DNA of 37,373 nt from a virus (IMGVR_UViG_3300010263_000153:1-37373); one strand, 5' to 3'. Counted from the stretch's first letter, positions 10,040 to 20,096 are shown. The notes: generated by a model not told the origin, from the letters alone. A program made the numbers and translations.

Positions 10040-10521
10040 CCCTTAAAGAGCTATCGCAGTTATATTATCTCAATCGGGAGATCGAGATGAACCAGGAGCG
10101 GCTGGCAAAACTTGATTACGAGATTAAAGCGGACGAGGAGCAACTCCAGTATCTTGAATTAAAGGCGGCCTCCCCGTCCTCACCGAGCTATGACGGTATG
10201 CCGAAAAGCCCCAGCTATGAAAATCGGCTTGAAAGCACTGTTGCGCGGATCATTGAGCTGCAGGAGCACATTAAGCGTAAAAAGGCTTTGCGGTCCGACT
10301 GCGCTATGATGATACAGGCAAAGCAAATACTGTGTTTAGCCGAGCGCAACAAGCTGGAGCGATACATAGCTGACTTGCCGACACCGTTATTGCGTATGAT
10401 CTTCACTTACCGTTTTGTAAACGGCTTAACCTGGGATCAAGTATCGGAGTGCATAGGCGTGAAAACCACTCCGGACAGCGTTAAAAAAATGTGCTACCGG
10501 TATTTATCGAACGAAAAATAA
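10036..10521 (+). CDS. putative late-gene transcriptional activator (ArpU/RinA/sigma-70 region 4-like)
   Basis: position immediately before terS; C-terminal HTH IFTYRFVNGLTWDQVSECIG. Confidence 0.7.
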   Translation: MTLKELSQLYYLNREIEMNQERLAKLDYEIKADEEQLQYLELKAASPSSPSYDGMPKSPSYENRLESTVARIIELQEHIKRKKALRSDCAMMIQAKQILCLAERNKLERYIADLPTPLLRMIFTYRFVNGLTWDQVSECIGVKTTPDSVKKMCYRYLSNEK

Positions 10522-10524
10522 AAA

Positions 10525-10539
10525 ATGTCCCGGATGTCC
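10525..10539 (+). promoter_or_regulatory. ATGTCC direct repeat, candidate activator site of the late promoter
   Basis: ATGTCC at 10525 and 10534, right after the activator stop and upstream of terS. Confidence 0.4.
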
Positions 10540-10610
10540 TCGACTTCTATTGAGATTTATGTTTTAATTAAGCTGCGGGTATTGACCAAACGGCAGTGCC
10601 TCCTTGTTAT

Positions 10611-10653
10611 AAGCAGCGGCAGGGGCTTTGTGCCCCTCCGACTGCTTTTTATT
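10611..10653 (+). terminator. hairpin plus T tract in the terS leader
   Basis: aagcagcggcaggggc-tttgt-gcccctccgactgctt followed by tttatt. Confidence 0.5.
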
Positions 10654-10681
10654 ATGCGTGAAAAGAAAGCGAGGTGATACC

Positions 10682-11119
10682 ATGACCGACAAGCAACAGA
10701 GGTTTGCGGATGAATATTTGATTGACTGCAACGCCACAAGAGCATATAAAGCGGCATACCCGAACGTCAAAAAAGATACGGTTGCGGCAGCAGCTGCAGC
10801 GCGTCTGTTAAGGAATGTTAAGGTTGCAGCCTACATTGAGGAAAAGCTGGCTGAAATTAGCAGCCACAAGACCGCCACGGCGCAGGAGGTTATGGAGTAT
10901 CTCACCTCAGTTATGCGCGGACAATCGGAGGCCGAAATTGTTGTGATCGAGGGCTCCGGGGATGGCTATTCTGAGGCGAAAAAGATCATGAAAGCGCCCG
11001 ATGAAAAAGAGCGGCTTAAAGCGGCCGAGCTCCTCGGCAAGCGCTTTGGGCTGTTCACCGATAAGGTAAACCTTGAGGGCAGCACAAAGGTTGTGATTGT
11101 GGATGATCTTGACGGGTAA
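10682..11119 (+). CDS. terS: terminase small subunit
   Basis: MTDKQQRFADEYLIDCNATRAY...RLKAAELLGK; ATG 10682 after gaggtg. Confidence 0.92.
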   Translation: MTDKQQRFADEYLIDCNATRAYKAAYPNVKKDTVAAAAAARLLRNVKVAAYIEEKLAEISSHKTATAQEVMEYLTSVMRGQSEAEIVVIEGSGDGYSEAKKIMKAPDEKERLKAAELLGKRFGLFTDKVNLEGSTKVVIVDDLDG

Positions 11120-12371
11120 CAGCCTCCAGCTTAAAATGTCTGATTTTGTAGGCAGCGGTTATGAGGAGTTTTGGAGTTTCAAAGGGCGTTATCGTGTTGT
11201 TAAAGGCTCACGTGCCTCAAAGAAAAGTAAAACGGCCGCGCTTTGGTTTATAAGCAATCTGAGCAAGGAAAAATACAGCAAGGCCAATTTGCTTGTTGTG
11301 CGTAAAACCTTTAGGACCATCAAAGACAGCTGTTTTACAGAGCTTAAATGGGCCATAAACCGCCTGGGCTTACAGCATATCTGGATCCCGAAAGAAAGCC
11401 CACTTGAAATTGAGAACATAGTCACTGGCCAAAAAATCTATTTTCGCGGCCTGGACGATCCGCTAAAAGTTACGTCAATCACGGTTGACGTTGGTGTGCT
11501 ATGCTGGCTGTGGATTGAGGAGGCCTATGAAATATCCTCCGAGGCTGATTTTGATACCATAGACGAAAGCATCCGCGGTGAAATGCCCCCGGGGTTGTTT
11601 AAGCAGATCACGCTTACATTTAACCCGTGGAATGAGCACCATTGGCTTAAAAAGCGCTTTTTTGACGCGCCCCCGGATCCGGACATACTGGCCATGACCA
11701 CAAATTATATGTGTAATGAATGGCTGGATGATGCCGACCGCAAGCTCTTTGAAACAATGCGCTTGAACAATCCGCGGCGTTATCGTGTGGCCGGCTTGGG
11801 CGAATGGGGCATTGTTGACGGCCTCGTGTATGAAAACTGGGAGGAGCGCCTTTTCAGTGTGGACGAGGTGCGCAAAATGCCTGGCGTGCGTTCCGCTTTT
11901 GGCCTCGATTTCGGTTACACCAATGACCCCTCGGCGCTGTTTTGCGGGTTGGTTGATCCGGCAAACAGGACCATGTGGGTGTTTGATGAGATATTCAAAA
12001 CCGGCATGAGCAATGAGGACATTGCCCGTGAGGTTATAAGTGCCGGGTATGCGAAAGAACGTATACGCGCTGACAGTGCCGAGCCAAAGAGCATTGACCG
12101 ACTTTATGCGCTGGGCCTTACGCACATACGCAAGGCACGTAAAGGCAAAGACAGCGTAAACAACGGCATTGACTATATACAGGACTATAAAATTTTTGTG
12201 CATCCTAAATGTGTAAATTTTCTTACTGAGATCAGCAACTACACATGGGACACGGACCCGAAAACCGGTAAAAAGCTAAACCGACCCATCGACGATTTTA
12301 ACCACCTCATGGATGCCATGCGGTATGCGATGGAGGAGTTTTCGGCCGGTGCACATTACAGCTTTGAGTAA
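11097..12371 (+). CDS. terL: terminase large subunit (PBSX family); exact start uncertain
   Basis: VKGSRASKKS, WIEEA, GLDFG, NHLMDAMRYA. Confidence 0.94.
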   Translation: MWMILTGNSLQLKMSDFVGSGYEEFWSFKGRYRVVKGSRASKKSKTAALWFISNLSKEKYSKANLLVVRKTFRTIKDSCFTELKWAINRLGLQHIWIPKESPLEIENIVTGQKIYFRGLDDPLKVTSITVDVGVLCWLWIEEAYEISSEADFDTIDESIRGEMPPGLFKQITLTFNPWNEHHWLKKRFFDAPPDPDILAMTTNYMCNEWLDDADRKLFETMRLNNPRRYRVAGLGEWGIVDGLVYENWEERLFSVDEVRKMPGVRSAFGLDFGYTNDPSALFCGLVDPANRTMWVFDEIFKTGMSNEDIAREVISAGYAKERIRADSAEPKSIDRLYALGLTHIRKARKGKDSVNNGIDYIQDYKIFVHPKCVNFLTEISNYTWDTDPKTGKKLNRPIDDFNHLMDAMRYAMEEFSAGAHYSFE

Positions 12372-12386
12372 AGGAGGCGCGGGGCC

Positions 12387-12554
12387 GTGTTTGAACAGCA
12401 ACACATACTGAATAAAATTGAGGAGTGGGCCGAGCGCCTGCCCTATAAAACTTTGAAAATAGAAATACAACTGCCCGATCAGACGCTTACGCTTGAAAAG
12501 GAAAAGACGCGCTCGATCGGGTTTTCTGTCCCCCCCAGATATGGGGACTACTAA
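12387..12554 (+). CDS. 55-aa hypothetical protein (not in ORF track)
   Basis: GTG after aaggagg; MFEQQHILNKIEEWAERLPYK...KTRSIGFSVPPRYGDY. Confidence 0.65.
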   Translation: MFEQQHILNKIEEWAERLPYKTLKIEIQLPDQTLTLEKEKTRSIGFSVPPRYGDY

Positions 12555-12575
12555 ACAGAAAAGGAGGTGCAGCCG

Positions 12576-14072
12576 TTGAAATTGCTTAATTTACATACCG
12601 GTCCGATGTCCGGCATTATGATGATGGTAAGGCCCGTAATGACTGACAAGGAATTTTTAGAAAAAGAAATAAAGCGCTGGCTTATATCGAAAGAGCGACA
12701 GCAGCAGCTGGACGGCGATCGGTATTATGACGGCGAGCACGACATAAAAAACCGTAAGCGTACGGTTATAGGCGAGGACGGCAACCTCACAGAGGTTGAC
12801 AACCTGCCGAATAACCGGATCATTGATAACCAATATGCCAAAATGGTTGACCAAAAAGCCAACTACCTGCTTGGGCGGCCGATAACCTTTGACACCGAAA
12901 ACCGCCAATACGGCGAGGCGCTTTCCCGGGTATTCACTAAAAAGCTGCATCGCATTATACGCATATTGGCCGAAAAGGCATTAACCGGCGGCAAGGTGTG
13001 GCTCTGTCCGTATTACAACAATGCTGGTGAGCTGGCTTTTGAGGTGTTCTCGGCCTATGAAATACTCCCGTTTTGGGCTGATACGGCCCACACGGAGCTG
13101 GACTGCGCCGTGCACTTTTTCCCCGTGTACGTATACAAGGAAAACGGTGAGGAGGAAATTGTCAACAAGGTTGAAGTTTATCACGCCGGCGGCATTGAGC
13201 GGTTTATCTGGAAAGATGATCACCTGGTTGTTGATAATGACGCGACTTCCGGGGCGTACGTCACCGTGGTTGACCAAAAGAACGGTACGGCCATCCCTCT
13301 CAACTGGCAGCGTCTGCCGCTTATTTGCTTTAAGTATAACCACCGTGAAACGCCTTTGCTCTGTCGCGTAAGGTGTCTGCAGGACGCGCTCAACCTCCTG
13401 CTTTCCAATTACGCCAATGCCATGGAGGAGGACGTGCGCAACACTATTTTGGTGCTGCACAACTATGACGGCGAGAACCTGGGCGAATTCCGGCATAACC
13501 TCACCACGTACGGCGCCGTAAAAGTACGGAGCTTTGACGGATCGGAGGGCGGCGTTGACACCCTTACGGTTGAGGTAAATGCCGATAACTATAAAACCAT
13601 TATTGACCTGCTGAAAAAGGCCATAATCGAAAACGCCCGCGGCTATGATGCCAAAGACGAGCGCATGAGCGGAACGCCTAACCAGATGAACATCCGCTCC
13701 ATGTATTCAGACATTGACCTTGACGCTAACGGCATGGAGGTTGAATTCCAGGCTGCCATAGCAGATCTGTTGTGGTTTGTCAATGCGCACCTGGCTAATA
13801 CCGGCGTGGGTAACTTCGATGGTGAGGAGGTTACGGTCATATTCAACCGTGATATACTCGTCAACGAAAGTGAGGCCATTGAAAACTGCGGCAAGTCACA
13901 GGGCATTATCAGCAATGAAACTATTGTGCGGCAGCATCCTTGGGTTGACGATCCAGAGGAGGAGCTCAAACGTCTGGAGGAGGAAAAGCAAAAAGCGCTT
14001 GAAAGTGTGGATGCTTACCGCGCGGCTTTTGAGCAGACAGCCGGCTCGGGAGGCGGTGCGCTGAATGAATAA
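12576..14072 (+). CDS. portal protein (SPP1 gp6-like)
   Basis: YYDGEHDI, NQYAKMVDQKANYLLG, ISNETIVRQHPWVDD; TTG 12576 is well spaced from aaggagg. Confidence 0.92.
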   Translation: MKLLNLHTGPMSGIMMMVRPVMTDKEFLEKEIKRWLISKERQQQLDGDRYYDGEHDIKNRKRTVIGEDGNLTEVDNLPNNRIIDNQYAKMVDQKANYLLGRPITFDTENRQYGEALSRVFTKKLHRIIRILAEKALTGGKVWLCPYYNNAGELAFEVFSAYEILPFWADTAHTELDCAVHFFPVYVYKENGEEEIVNKVEVYHAGGIERFIWKDDHLVVDNDATSGAYVTVVDQKNGTAIPLNWQRLPLICFKYNHRETPLLCRVRCLQDALNLLLSNYANAMEEDVRNTILVLHNYDGENLGEFRHNLTTYGAVKVRSFDGSEGGVDTLTVEVNADNYKTIIDLLKKAIIENARGYDAKDERMSGTPNQMNIRSMYSDIDLDANGMEVEFQAAIADLLWFVNAHLANTGVGNFDGEEVTVIFNRDILVNESEAIENCGKSQGIISNETIVRQHPWVDDPEEELKRLEEEKQKALESVDAYRAAFEQTAGSGGGALNE

Positions 14073-15666
14073 TGCTGAGTATTGGGCGCGCCGGCTTAAA
14101 ATCATGGAGGACGCTATCAAAGACAAGTCTTATGAGTACGTCCGAAACCTTGAGGAACAGTTTGACGCTGCCATAAGGGACATTGACACCCAAATGCGCG
14201 CCTGGTATCAGCGCTTTGCCACTAACAACAATATAACCTATGCTGAGGCGCAGCGCCTGCTCACCACCACCGAGCTTGAGGAGTTTAGGTGGACTGTGCA
14301 GGAGTACATCAAAAAAGGCAAGGAAAACGCCATAAACCAGGCATGGCTCAAAGAGCTTGAGAACGCCTCCGTAAGGGTGCATATTTCGCGCCTGGACGCG
14401 CTTAAATATCAGCTGAGGCAACAAGCCGAGGTACTAACCGACGCGCGCATAAAGGCCACCACAGAGGCCGCAGAGCTTGCTTACACGCAGAGCTATTACC
14501 ACACGGCCTATGAGGTGCAAAAAGGCCTCGGCGTGGGCTGGACCATGCAGGCGATCTATGAGAACGCCCTGCAAAAGGTGCTTTCCCGGCCGTGGACCGT
14601 TGACAATCAGACCTTTAGAGCTCGCTGCTGGACGGACAAAACCAAATTGGTGCAAACCGTCAACCAGGAGCTCACGCGCATGATCGCAACCGGTGAGCCA
14701 CCTAACAAGGCCGTTAACGCCATAGCAAAGCAATTCAAGACCACCAAATATAATGCCGGCCGCGTGGTTATGACGGAAAGCGCTTATTTTTCTGCTGCGG
14801 CCCAAAAAGACTGCTTTAACAGGCTTGGCGTTGAACTGTACAAGGTTGTAGGCACGTTGGATAAAACAACCTGTGATATTTGCGCGGACATGGACGGCCG
14901 CATATTCAAGATGGCCGAATATAAAGAGGGCGCTACTGCCCCACCCTTTCACCCCTGGTGCCGCTGCTGCACAGCTCCGTACTTTGAGGACATGGAGGGC
15001 TTAGGCCTCCGAGCGTCACGGGATCCGGACACGGGCAAAACCATTAATAAGGTGCCGGCAAATATGCCATACAAGGAATGGAAAAAGCAGTTTGTGGATG
15101 GTACACCCTCGACACCGGAGGTAAAAGATGATATAATATACCCGTGGGACGCATGGAAACGAATTACAGGCGATCACGATATACCGGATGACCTTTCAAA
15201 CGTAAACCCAAACTACCACGATGGTGGCCGGCCTTATAGAGTGAATTGCACTCATTGTGTGCCAACGTATGAAATGCGCCGCCGGGGCTTTGACGTTGAG
15301 GCAACGCCCGCTTTTGATGGTGATGCATATATGCACGGCGCTTGGCGTAAACTATTTAAGGGCGCCGAGTGGAAACACACCACCAGCCGCTTTAAGAAAG
15401 ACCAGGCAGCCGAAATTGAGCGCATAATGCTTGGTTGGGGCGAGGGTGCACGAGCTGAGATCCGTGTTGCCTGGGACACCGGCAGCATGGGCCATGTATT
15501 TGCAGCTGAAGTTAAGGACGGCAAAGTGCTTTTCGTGGATCCACAAAGCGGCAGCCGCGATGTACGGCACTATTTCAATTATGCAAAGCCCTCCAGCGTG
15601 GAATACGGGCGCATTGATAACCTTGTTCCCACTGAGGGTATTTTAGAAACTTGTAAAAGCAGGTGA
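14065..15666 (+). CDS. minor capsid protein (MuF/gp7) with C-terminal papain-fold toxin domain
   Basis: TLDKTTCDIC and PPFHPWCRC MuF motifs; C-terminal NC(395)...GH(477)VF...D(492)PQ triad. Confidence 0.88.
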   Translation: MNNAEYWARRLKIMEDAIKDKSYEYVRNLEEQFDAAIRDIDTQMRAWYQRFATNNNITYAEAQRLLTTTELEEFRWTVQEYIKKGKENAINQAWLKELENASVRVHISRLDALKYQLRQQAEVLTDARIKATTEAAELAYTQSYYHTAYEVQKGLGVGWTMQAIYENALQKVLSRPWTVDNQTFRARCWTDKTKLVQTVNQELTRMIATGEPPNKAVNAIAKQFKTTKYNAGRVVMTESAYFSAAAQKDCFNRLGVELYKVVGTLDKTTCDICADMDGRIFKMAEYKEGATAPPFHPWCRCCTAPYFEDMEGLGLRASRDPDTGKTINKVPANMPYKEWKKQFVDGTPSTPEVKDDIIYPWDAWKRITGDHDIPDDLSNVNPNYHDGGRPYRVNCTHCVPTYEMRRRGFDVEATPAFDGDAYMHGAWRKLFKGAEWKHTTSRFKKDQAAEIERIMLGWGEGARAEIRVAWDTGSMGHVFAAEVKDGKVLFVDPQSGSRDVRHYFNYAKPSSVEYGRIDNLVPTEGILETCKSR

Positions 15667-15914
15667 TGGCGTTGATTGATATTAAAGAGGCCCATAACAA
15701 AGCGCAGCGCGAGGCTGCACTTCGTTATGGTGATTACCCGTTAAAAGAAAAATACGATCTTGGCAGTGAATGGGCTTTTTATTTCGGCACCGATGATGAT
15801 GCGGGAGCGCCTTATATCACTGTAAACAAGAAAACCGGCGATCTTGGTTTTCTCACCATACCACCGTTTGAAAATCTGGATCGCCTCAAAGCGGGCAAAA
15901 AACTACCGCTGTAA
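15663..15914 (+). CDS. putative immunity protein of the MuF toxin (Imm35/YrhB-like)
   Basis: 83 aa; overlaps the toxin stop; WAFYF...GAPYITVNKKTG. Confidence 0.65.
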   Translation: MMALIDIKEAHNKAQREAALRYGDYPLKEKYDLGSEWAFYFGTDDDAGAPYITVNKKTGDLGFLTIPPFENLDRLKAGKKLPL

Positions 15915-15934
15915 TTAAATACTTATCGTTGATC

Positions 15935-15964
15935 AAAGCATCGTGCAAAGCACGGTGCTTTTTT
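15935..15964 (+). terminator. intrinsic terminator-like hairpin after the toxin-immunity pair
   Basis: aaagcatcgtgc-aaa-gcacggtgcttt followed by ttt. Confidence 0.6.
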
Positions 15965-16068
15965 CATACAAAAATACCGCCTGCTCCAGCGGAATACAAA
16001 ACGGGCGTTGCAATACCGGGACTGGCCGGACAAAAAGGAAAGCAACAATACGTAAGGAGGAAACACAA

Positions 16069-16683
16069 ATGCTTGAATGGTTGAAAAACATACTTGGTGA
16101 GGCGTACACGGAGGACATTGACACAAAGGTTGCCGCAGAGATCGGCAAGATCTTTGTGGCAAAAGCGGACTTCAACCAGGTAAACACCGCAAAAAAGAAA
16201 CTGGAGGACGATCTTAAAGCCCGCGATCAGCAGCTGGAGGACCTTAAAAACTCCACCGGTGACGTTGAGGCGCTGAAAAAGCAGATCACGGACCTCCAAA
16301 AGCAAAATGCCACGGACAAGGCCAACTACGAGGCCCAGCTTGCACAAATTAAGCTGGACAACGCCGTTGACGCGGCATTAACGGCCGCAGGAGCACGGAA
16401 CAACACCGTGGTTAAGGCACTGCTGGCCGATTTTCTCAAGGACGCCAAACTTGCAGAGGATGGCACCGTAAAGGGGCTTGCACAGCACTTGGCCGAAATG
16501 GCCAAAGCAGAGGCAACCTCCTTTTTATTTGCCGCTCCGGACAACAAAGGGCAGTTTAAGGGCATGACCCCAGGAACGCCCGGCGGCAAAACCCCGCCCC
16601 CGCCAGGCAAAGCGCTCAAAGACATGAGCTATGATGAGCTGTGCGCTTACCTGGAACAGAACCCGGGAGCAAAGCTCGAATAA
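16069..16683 (+). CDS. capsid scaffolding protein (GP20-like)
   Basis: coiled coil; AVDAALTAAGARN; ATG 16069 after aaggagg; precedes the capsid gene. Confidence 0.85.
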   Translation: MLEWLKNILGEAYTEDIDTKVAAEIGKIFVAKADFNQVNTAKKKLEDDLKARDQQLEDLKNSTGDVEALKKQITDLQKQNATDKANYEAQLAQIKLDNAVDAALTAAGARNNTVVKALLADFLKDAKLAEDGTVKGLAQHLAEMAKAEATSFLFAAPDNKGQFKGMTPGTPGGKTPPPPGKALKDMSYDELCAYLEQNPGAKLE

Positions 16684-16718
16684 TAAAATTACTACATGAA
16701 AGGTAAAGGTGAAAAGTA

Positions 16719-18107
16719 ATGCCCAACACTAAATTTGATGCAAAATCCTTTAACGCCGAGGCTTTTAAGTACAAGGTAGGCCTTGTTCCGAACCTCAAGA
16801 TGAATGAGCTGAAAAAGTCTGCCGCGCTGGCTGGCAACCCCGATATTAGAGAGGTGTTTTCCGGCCAGAATGGTACCCACTATGCCCGTATCGCAATGCG
16901 CGGCTTGGCTGATGGTGACGCCGTAAACTATGACGGCCAGACCGACATCAGCGCAACCAGCACAAAGACCTTTGAGCAGGGCGTTGTCGTTGTCGGCCGT
17001 GCCAAAGCGTGGGTTGAAAAAGATTTCAGCTATGACATCACCGGCAAAATTGATTTCATGGACAGCATCGCTCAGCAGATTGCCGAATATAAGGACGGCC
17101 TGGACCAGAAAACGCTCCTTGCCATTCTCAAGGGCATTTTCTCTATGAATAGCGGTGCTAAGAACCTGGAATTTGTCACTAAGCATACCACTACCGTTGA
17201 CGGGGCCATGTCGGCAACAACCCTCAACACAGCAACCAACAAGGCCTGTGGTGCCAACAAAAAGGCTTTTTCGCTCGTGTTCATGCACAGCGATGTGGCC
17301 ACCAACCTGGAAAACCTCAATTTGCTGGAGCACTTGAAGTACACCGACAAAGAGGGCGTAACAAGATCACTTGACCTTGGCACATGGAACGGCAAGCTCG
17401 TTATCATTGACGATGAAATGCCAACAAGAGAGGTGCTCGTTACCCCGGGCGTGTACACACTTACTGTCGATACTGCGGCCCAGGTTGGGGACGAGATTAC
17501 GATCTTTGGCACGAAATACACTTTTGTTGCCAATGACGCAACCCCGACCGGCAACCAGATCAAAGTAGGTGCAAGCGGCACTGCTGCACAGCAGGCAAAC
17601 AACATTAAAACCATACTCGCCGCAAAAGCAACCGGTGAGGAGGCAAAATACACCTACAGTGTTAATTCTGCCACCATCACAATGATCATGAAAACGAATG
17701 TGGGCATCCCGGAGGAACCCACCGCCGTTGTTGCTGACGGTGACGACATGGTTGTAACGCTTGAAACCACAACCGCTCCCGTTATTAAAACCGAGTACAC
17801 TACCTACGCCCTGGGCAAAGGCGCCATTTCCTATGAGGACATCGGTGTTAAGGTGCCTTATGAAATGTCCAGAGATCCCAAAACCAACGGGGGTGAGGAC
17901 ACGCTGTATATCAGACAGCGCAAGTGCTTTGCTCCGTTCGGCCTTTCATATGAAAAAGCCTCGCAGGCCAGCTTGTCCCCGACCGATGATGAACTTGCGA
18001 ACGGCGCTAACTGGACACTGGTACACACCGGTGAAAGCAACGAGGCCGATCGTTCCTACATCAACCACAAGGCGATCCCCATTGTGCGCATTATTTCCAA
18101 AGGATAA
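16719..18107 (+). CDS. major capsid protein with an internal inserted domain
   Basis: FDAKSFNAEAF, GRAKAWVEKDF, LVIIDDEMP, NGGEDTLYIRQR, HKAIPIVRIISKG. Confidence 0.88.
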   Translation: MPNTKFDAKSFNAEAFKYKVGLVPNLKMNELKKSAALAGNPDIREVFSGQNGTHYARIAMRGLADGDAVNYDGQTDISATSTKTFEQGVVVVGRAKAWVEKDFSYDITGKIDFMDSIAQQIAEYKDGLDQKTLLAILKGIFSMNSGAKNLEFVTKHTTTVDGAMSATTLNTATNKACGANKKAFSLVFMHSDVATNLENLNLLEHLKYTDKEGVTRSLDLGTWNGKLVIIDDEMPTREVLVTPGVYTLTVDTAAQVGDEITIFGTKYTFVANDATPTGNQIKVGASGTAAQQANNIKTILAAKATGEEAKYTYSVNSATITMIMKTNVGIPEEPTAVVADGDDMVVTLETTTAPVIKTEYTTYALGKGAISYEDIGVKVPYEMSRDPKTNGGEDTLYIRQRKCFAPFGLSYEKASQASLSPTDDELANGANWTLVHTGESNEADRSYINHKAIPIVRIISKG

Positions 18108-18128
18108 ACCAGTTAGGAGGTGCAGCCA

Positions 18129-18512
18129 ATGGCTCTGTACGATGATGTTGTGGCCCGCCTCGCGGCTTTAGGCCACACGGTGACGGAAAGCCAGGGTGCT
18201 GCCGTTACCTACGCAATAAACCGTGCCGCCGAAACAATTAAGGCGAATATCAACCGCACGGAAATACCGGAGGGACTGTATTACACTCACGTTGATATGG
18301 CGGCCGGCCTGTTTCTCAGAGATGCGAAAACGGCCGGCCAGCTTGGTGAGAGCTTTGACTTCTCGGCTCCCGCTACAAAGATCACTGAGGGTGAGGTGGC
18401 CGTGGAATTTGCGGAAAGCAGCACTCCGGAGGCGAGGTTTGATAAAATGGTTGCAGCCATGATAAACCCGCCACAAAGCATTTATGCCGCCTTTCGGAGG
18501 CTTAAATGGTAA
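18129..18512 (+). CDS. head-tail connector protein
   Basis: position after capsid; INRTEIPEGL, KITEGEVAVEF, FRRLKW. Confidence 0.72.
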   Translation: MALYDDVVARLAALGHTVTESQGAAVTYAINRAAETIKANINRTEIPEGLYYTHVDMAAGLFLRDAKTAGQLGESFDFSAPATKITEGEVAVEFAESSTPEARFDKMVAAMINPPQSIYAAFRRLKW

Positions 18513-18874
18513 GTAACAGCCGCTATGGCGCAGCAATACAAAGCCTATGGCAAGGCAGATGCACTGTTACTGTACGGCAACATGAAACCAGCGAAACTAC
18601 CGGCCGTACAACCTTGAGTGAGGTTGACACTCTTAGTGATATACCTTGCCGGCTTGTTTATAAGAACATAAGCCCCACCGAGCAAACCGACAGCGCCAGC
18701 ACCTCCACACAACGCATTGTGCTCCTCGTGGATCCGTCAGTGAACATACCGCCCGGATCTAAAATCACAGTGACGCAAAACGGTGTAACAGCAAAATACG
18801 AGCAAAGCGGCGCTCCAGCCGTGTACTCGCACCACAAAGAAATACCGCTTGAGCTCTTTAAGGGGTGGGCGTAA
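18506..18874 (+). CDS. head closure / adaptor protein (XkdH-like)
   Basis: DIPCRL, IPPGSKITVTQNG, YSHHKEIPL; gene order. Confidence 0.7.
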   Translation: MVSNSRYGAAIQSLWQGRCTVTVRQHETSETTGRTTLSEVDTLSDIPCRLVYKNISPTEQTDSASTSTQRIVLLVDPSVNIPPGSKITVTQNGVTAKYEQSGAPAVYSHHKEIPLELFKGWA

Positions 18875-19495
18875 TGGCACGTTGGGGCAAGGCCGATTTT
18901 GAACAACTCAAAGAGCTGCAGCGCAAACTTGAAAAGCTGCAAAAGGTTGATGTTGATAAGTTTTGCACCGAGGCCTCAAAAGAGCTGGCCGCCCGGTTGC
19001 TTGCTCTCGTAATACCGCGCACACCCGTTGGCCAAAAGCCAAAGCTGCAGGGTCCTAAAACTGTAAAGGTAAAGGGCGAAAGCGGCAAGAGTAGATCGTT
19101 CTTAACGGCCGAGGCGGCCCGTATTGAGGAATACTGGGGCGGGTACATGGGCGGCACACTCCGGCGCGGCTGGGTTGCAAAAACCGAGGCTGAGGCGCAA
19201 AACGGCAAAGGATCTCCCACAGCAGTGCAAGCAGCAGAGCCTGCCGGTGCAAAAATCCGGTGGCCGCTACACCATACAGGTTGTAAACCCCGTGAAATAT
19301 GCCAGCTATGTTGAATTCGGACACAGACAAACACCCGGCCGCTATGTACCTGCGCTCGGAAAGCGGTTAAAAGAGGGCTGGGTTGACGGGCAATATTTCT
19401 TGACATTATCCGAGGAGGAGTTAGAACGTATTGCACCGTCTATGTTGCAGGCTAAGCTCGACAAATTTTTACGGGAGGTTTTTAATGATGGCTGA
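18874..19495 (+). pseudogene. HK97 gp10-like neck protein, frameshifted near 19235
   Basis: TPVG...GGTLRRGW in one frame and NPVKYASYVEFGHR in another. Confidence 0.8.
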
Positions 19496-19907
19496 GTTAT
19501 CATACAACAGCGTTTTTGACGGCGTAAGCCTTGCGTTACACGCTGCGTTTCCTGCCGCACGCATACATGATCGCACTGTTAAGCAGGACCTTATCCCCGG
19601 GGACTTCAATGTGCTGCCACTTTCCACAAACCACTCCGGGCAGCTTGGCGCCAGAGCAAAACGGAGCTTCACCTTTGACGTGATTTATTATCCGACCGAG
19701 GCAGGCGGGCGCGCGGAGTGCTTGGAAAAAGCACACGCATTGCCGGCTGTGCTGAGTACCATAACAACTCCCGGAGGCGATAAAGTACACTGTAATGGCT
19801 TTGAATACACTATTGAGGATGACGTGCTGCACTGCATTGTAAGCTATCCGCATTTTGTGTATAGCCATGCCACTGAGGAACCCATGGAAACGCTACAAAC
19901 CATTTAG
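19485..19907 (+). CDS. tail terminator-like protein
   Basis: FDVIYYP, DDVLHCIVSY; ATG after ggagg; gene order. Confidence 0.68.
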   Translation: MMAELSYNSVFDGVSLALHAAFPAARIHDRTVKQDLIPGDFNVLPLSTNHSGQLGARAKRSFTFDVIYYPTEAGGRAECLEKAHALPAVLSTITTPGGDKVHCNGFEYTIEDDVLHCIVSYPHFVYSHATEEPMETLQTI

Positions 19908-19918
19908 GAGGTTTTTAT

Positions 19919-20095
19919 ATGGCAGAAAAAAAGAATAAGGAGGCGCCGGCTTTTACTAAGGGCCAGCTGCTTGCCTCTAAAAAGTATGCCAACCGCCGGG
20001 ACATTCTCAATGCCCTGCTTGCGGATGGCAAGACATACACCACAGCGCAGGTTGATGCGCTAATCGAAAAATACATGAAAGGACCGGTGAAATAA
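19919..20095 (+). CDS. 58-aa small protein preceding the sheath (not in ORF track)
   Basis: aggagg SD; FTKGQLLASKKYANRRDILNALLADGKTYT. Confidence 0.75.
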   Translation: MAEKKNKEAPAFTKGQLLASKKYANRRDILNALLADGKTYTTAQVDALIEKYMKGPVK

Positions 20096-20096
20096 T

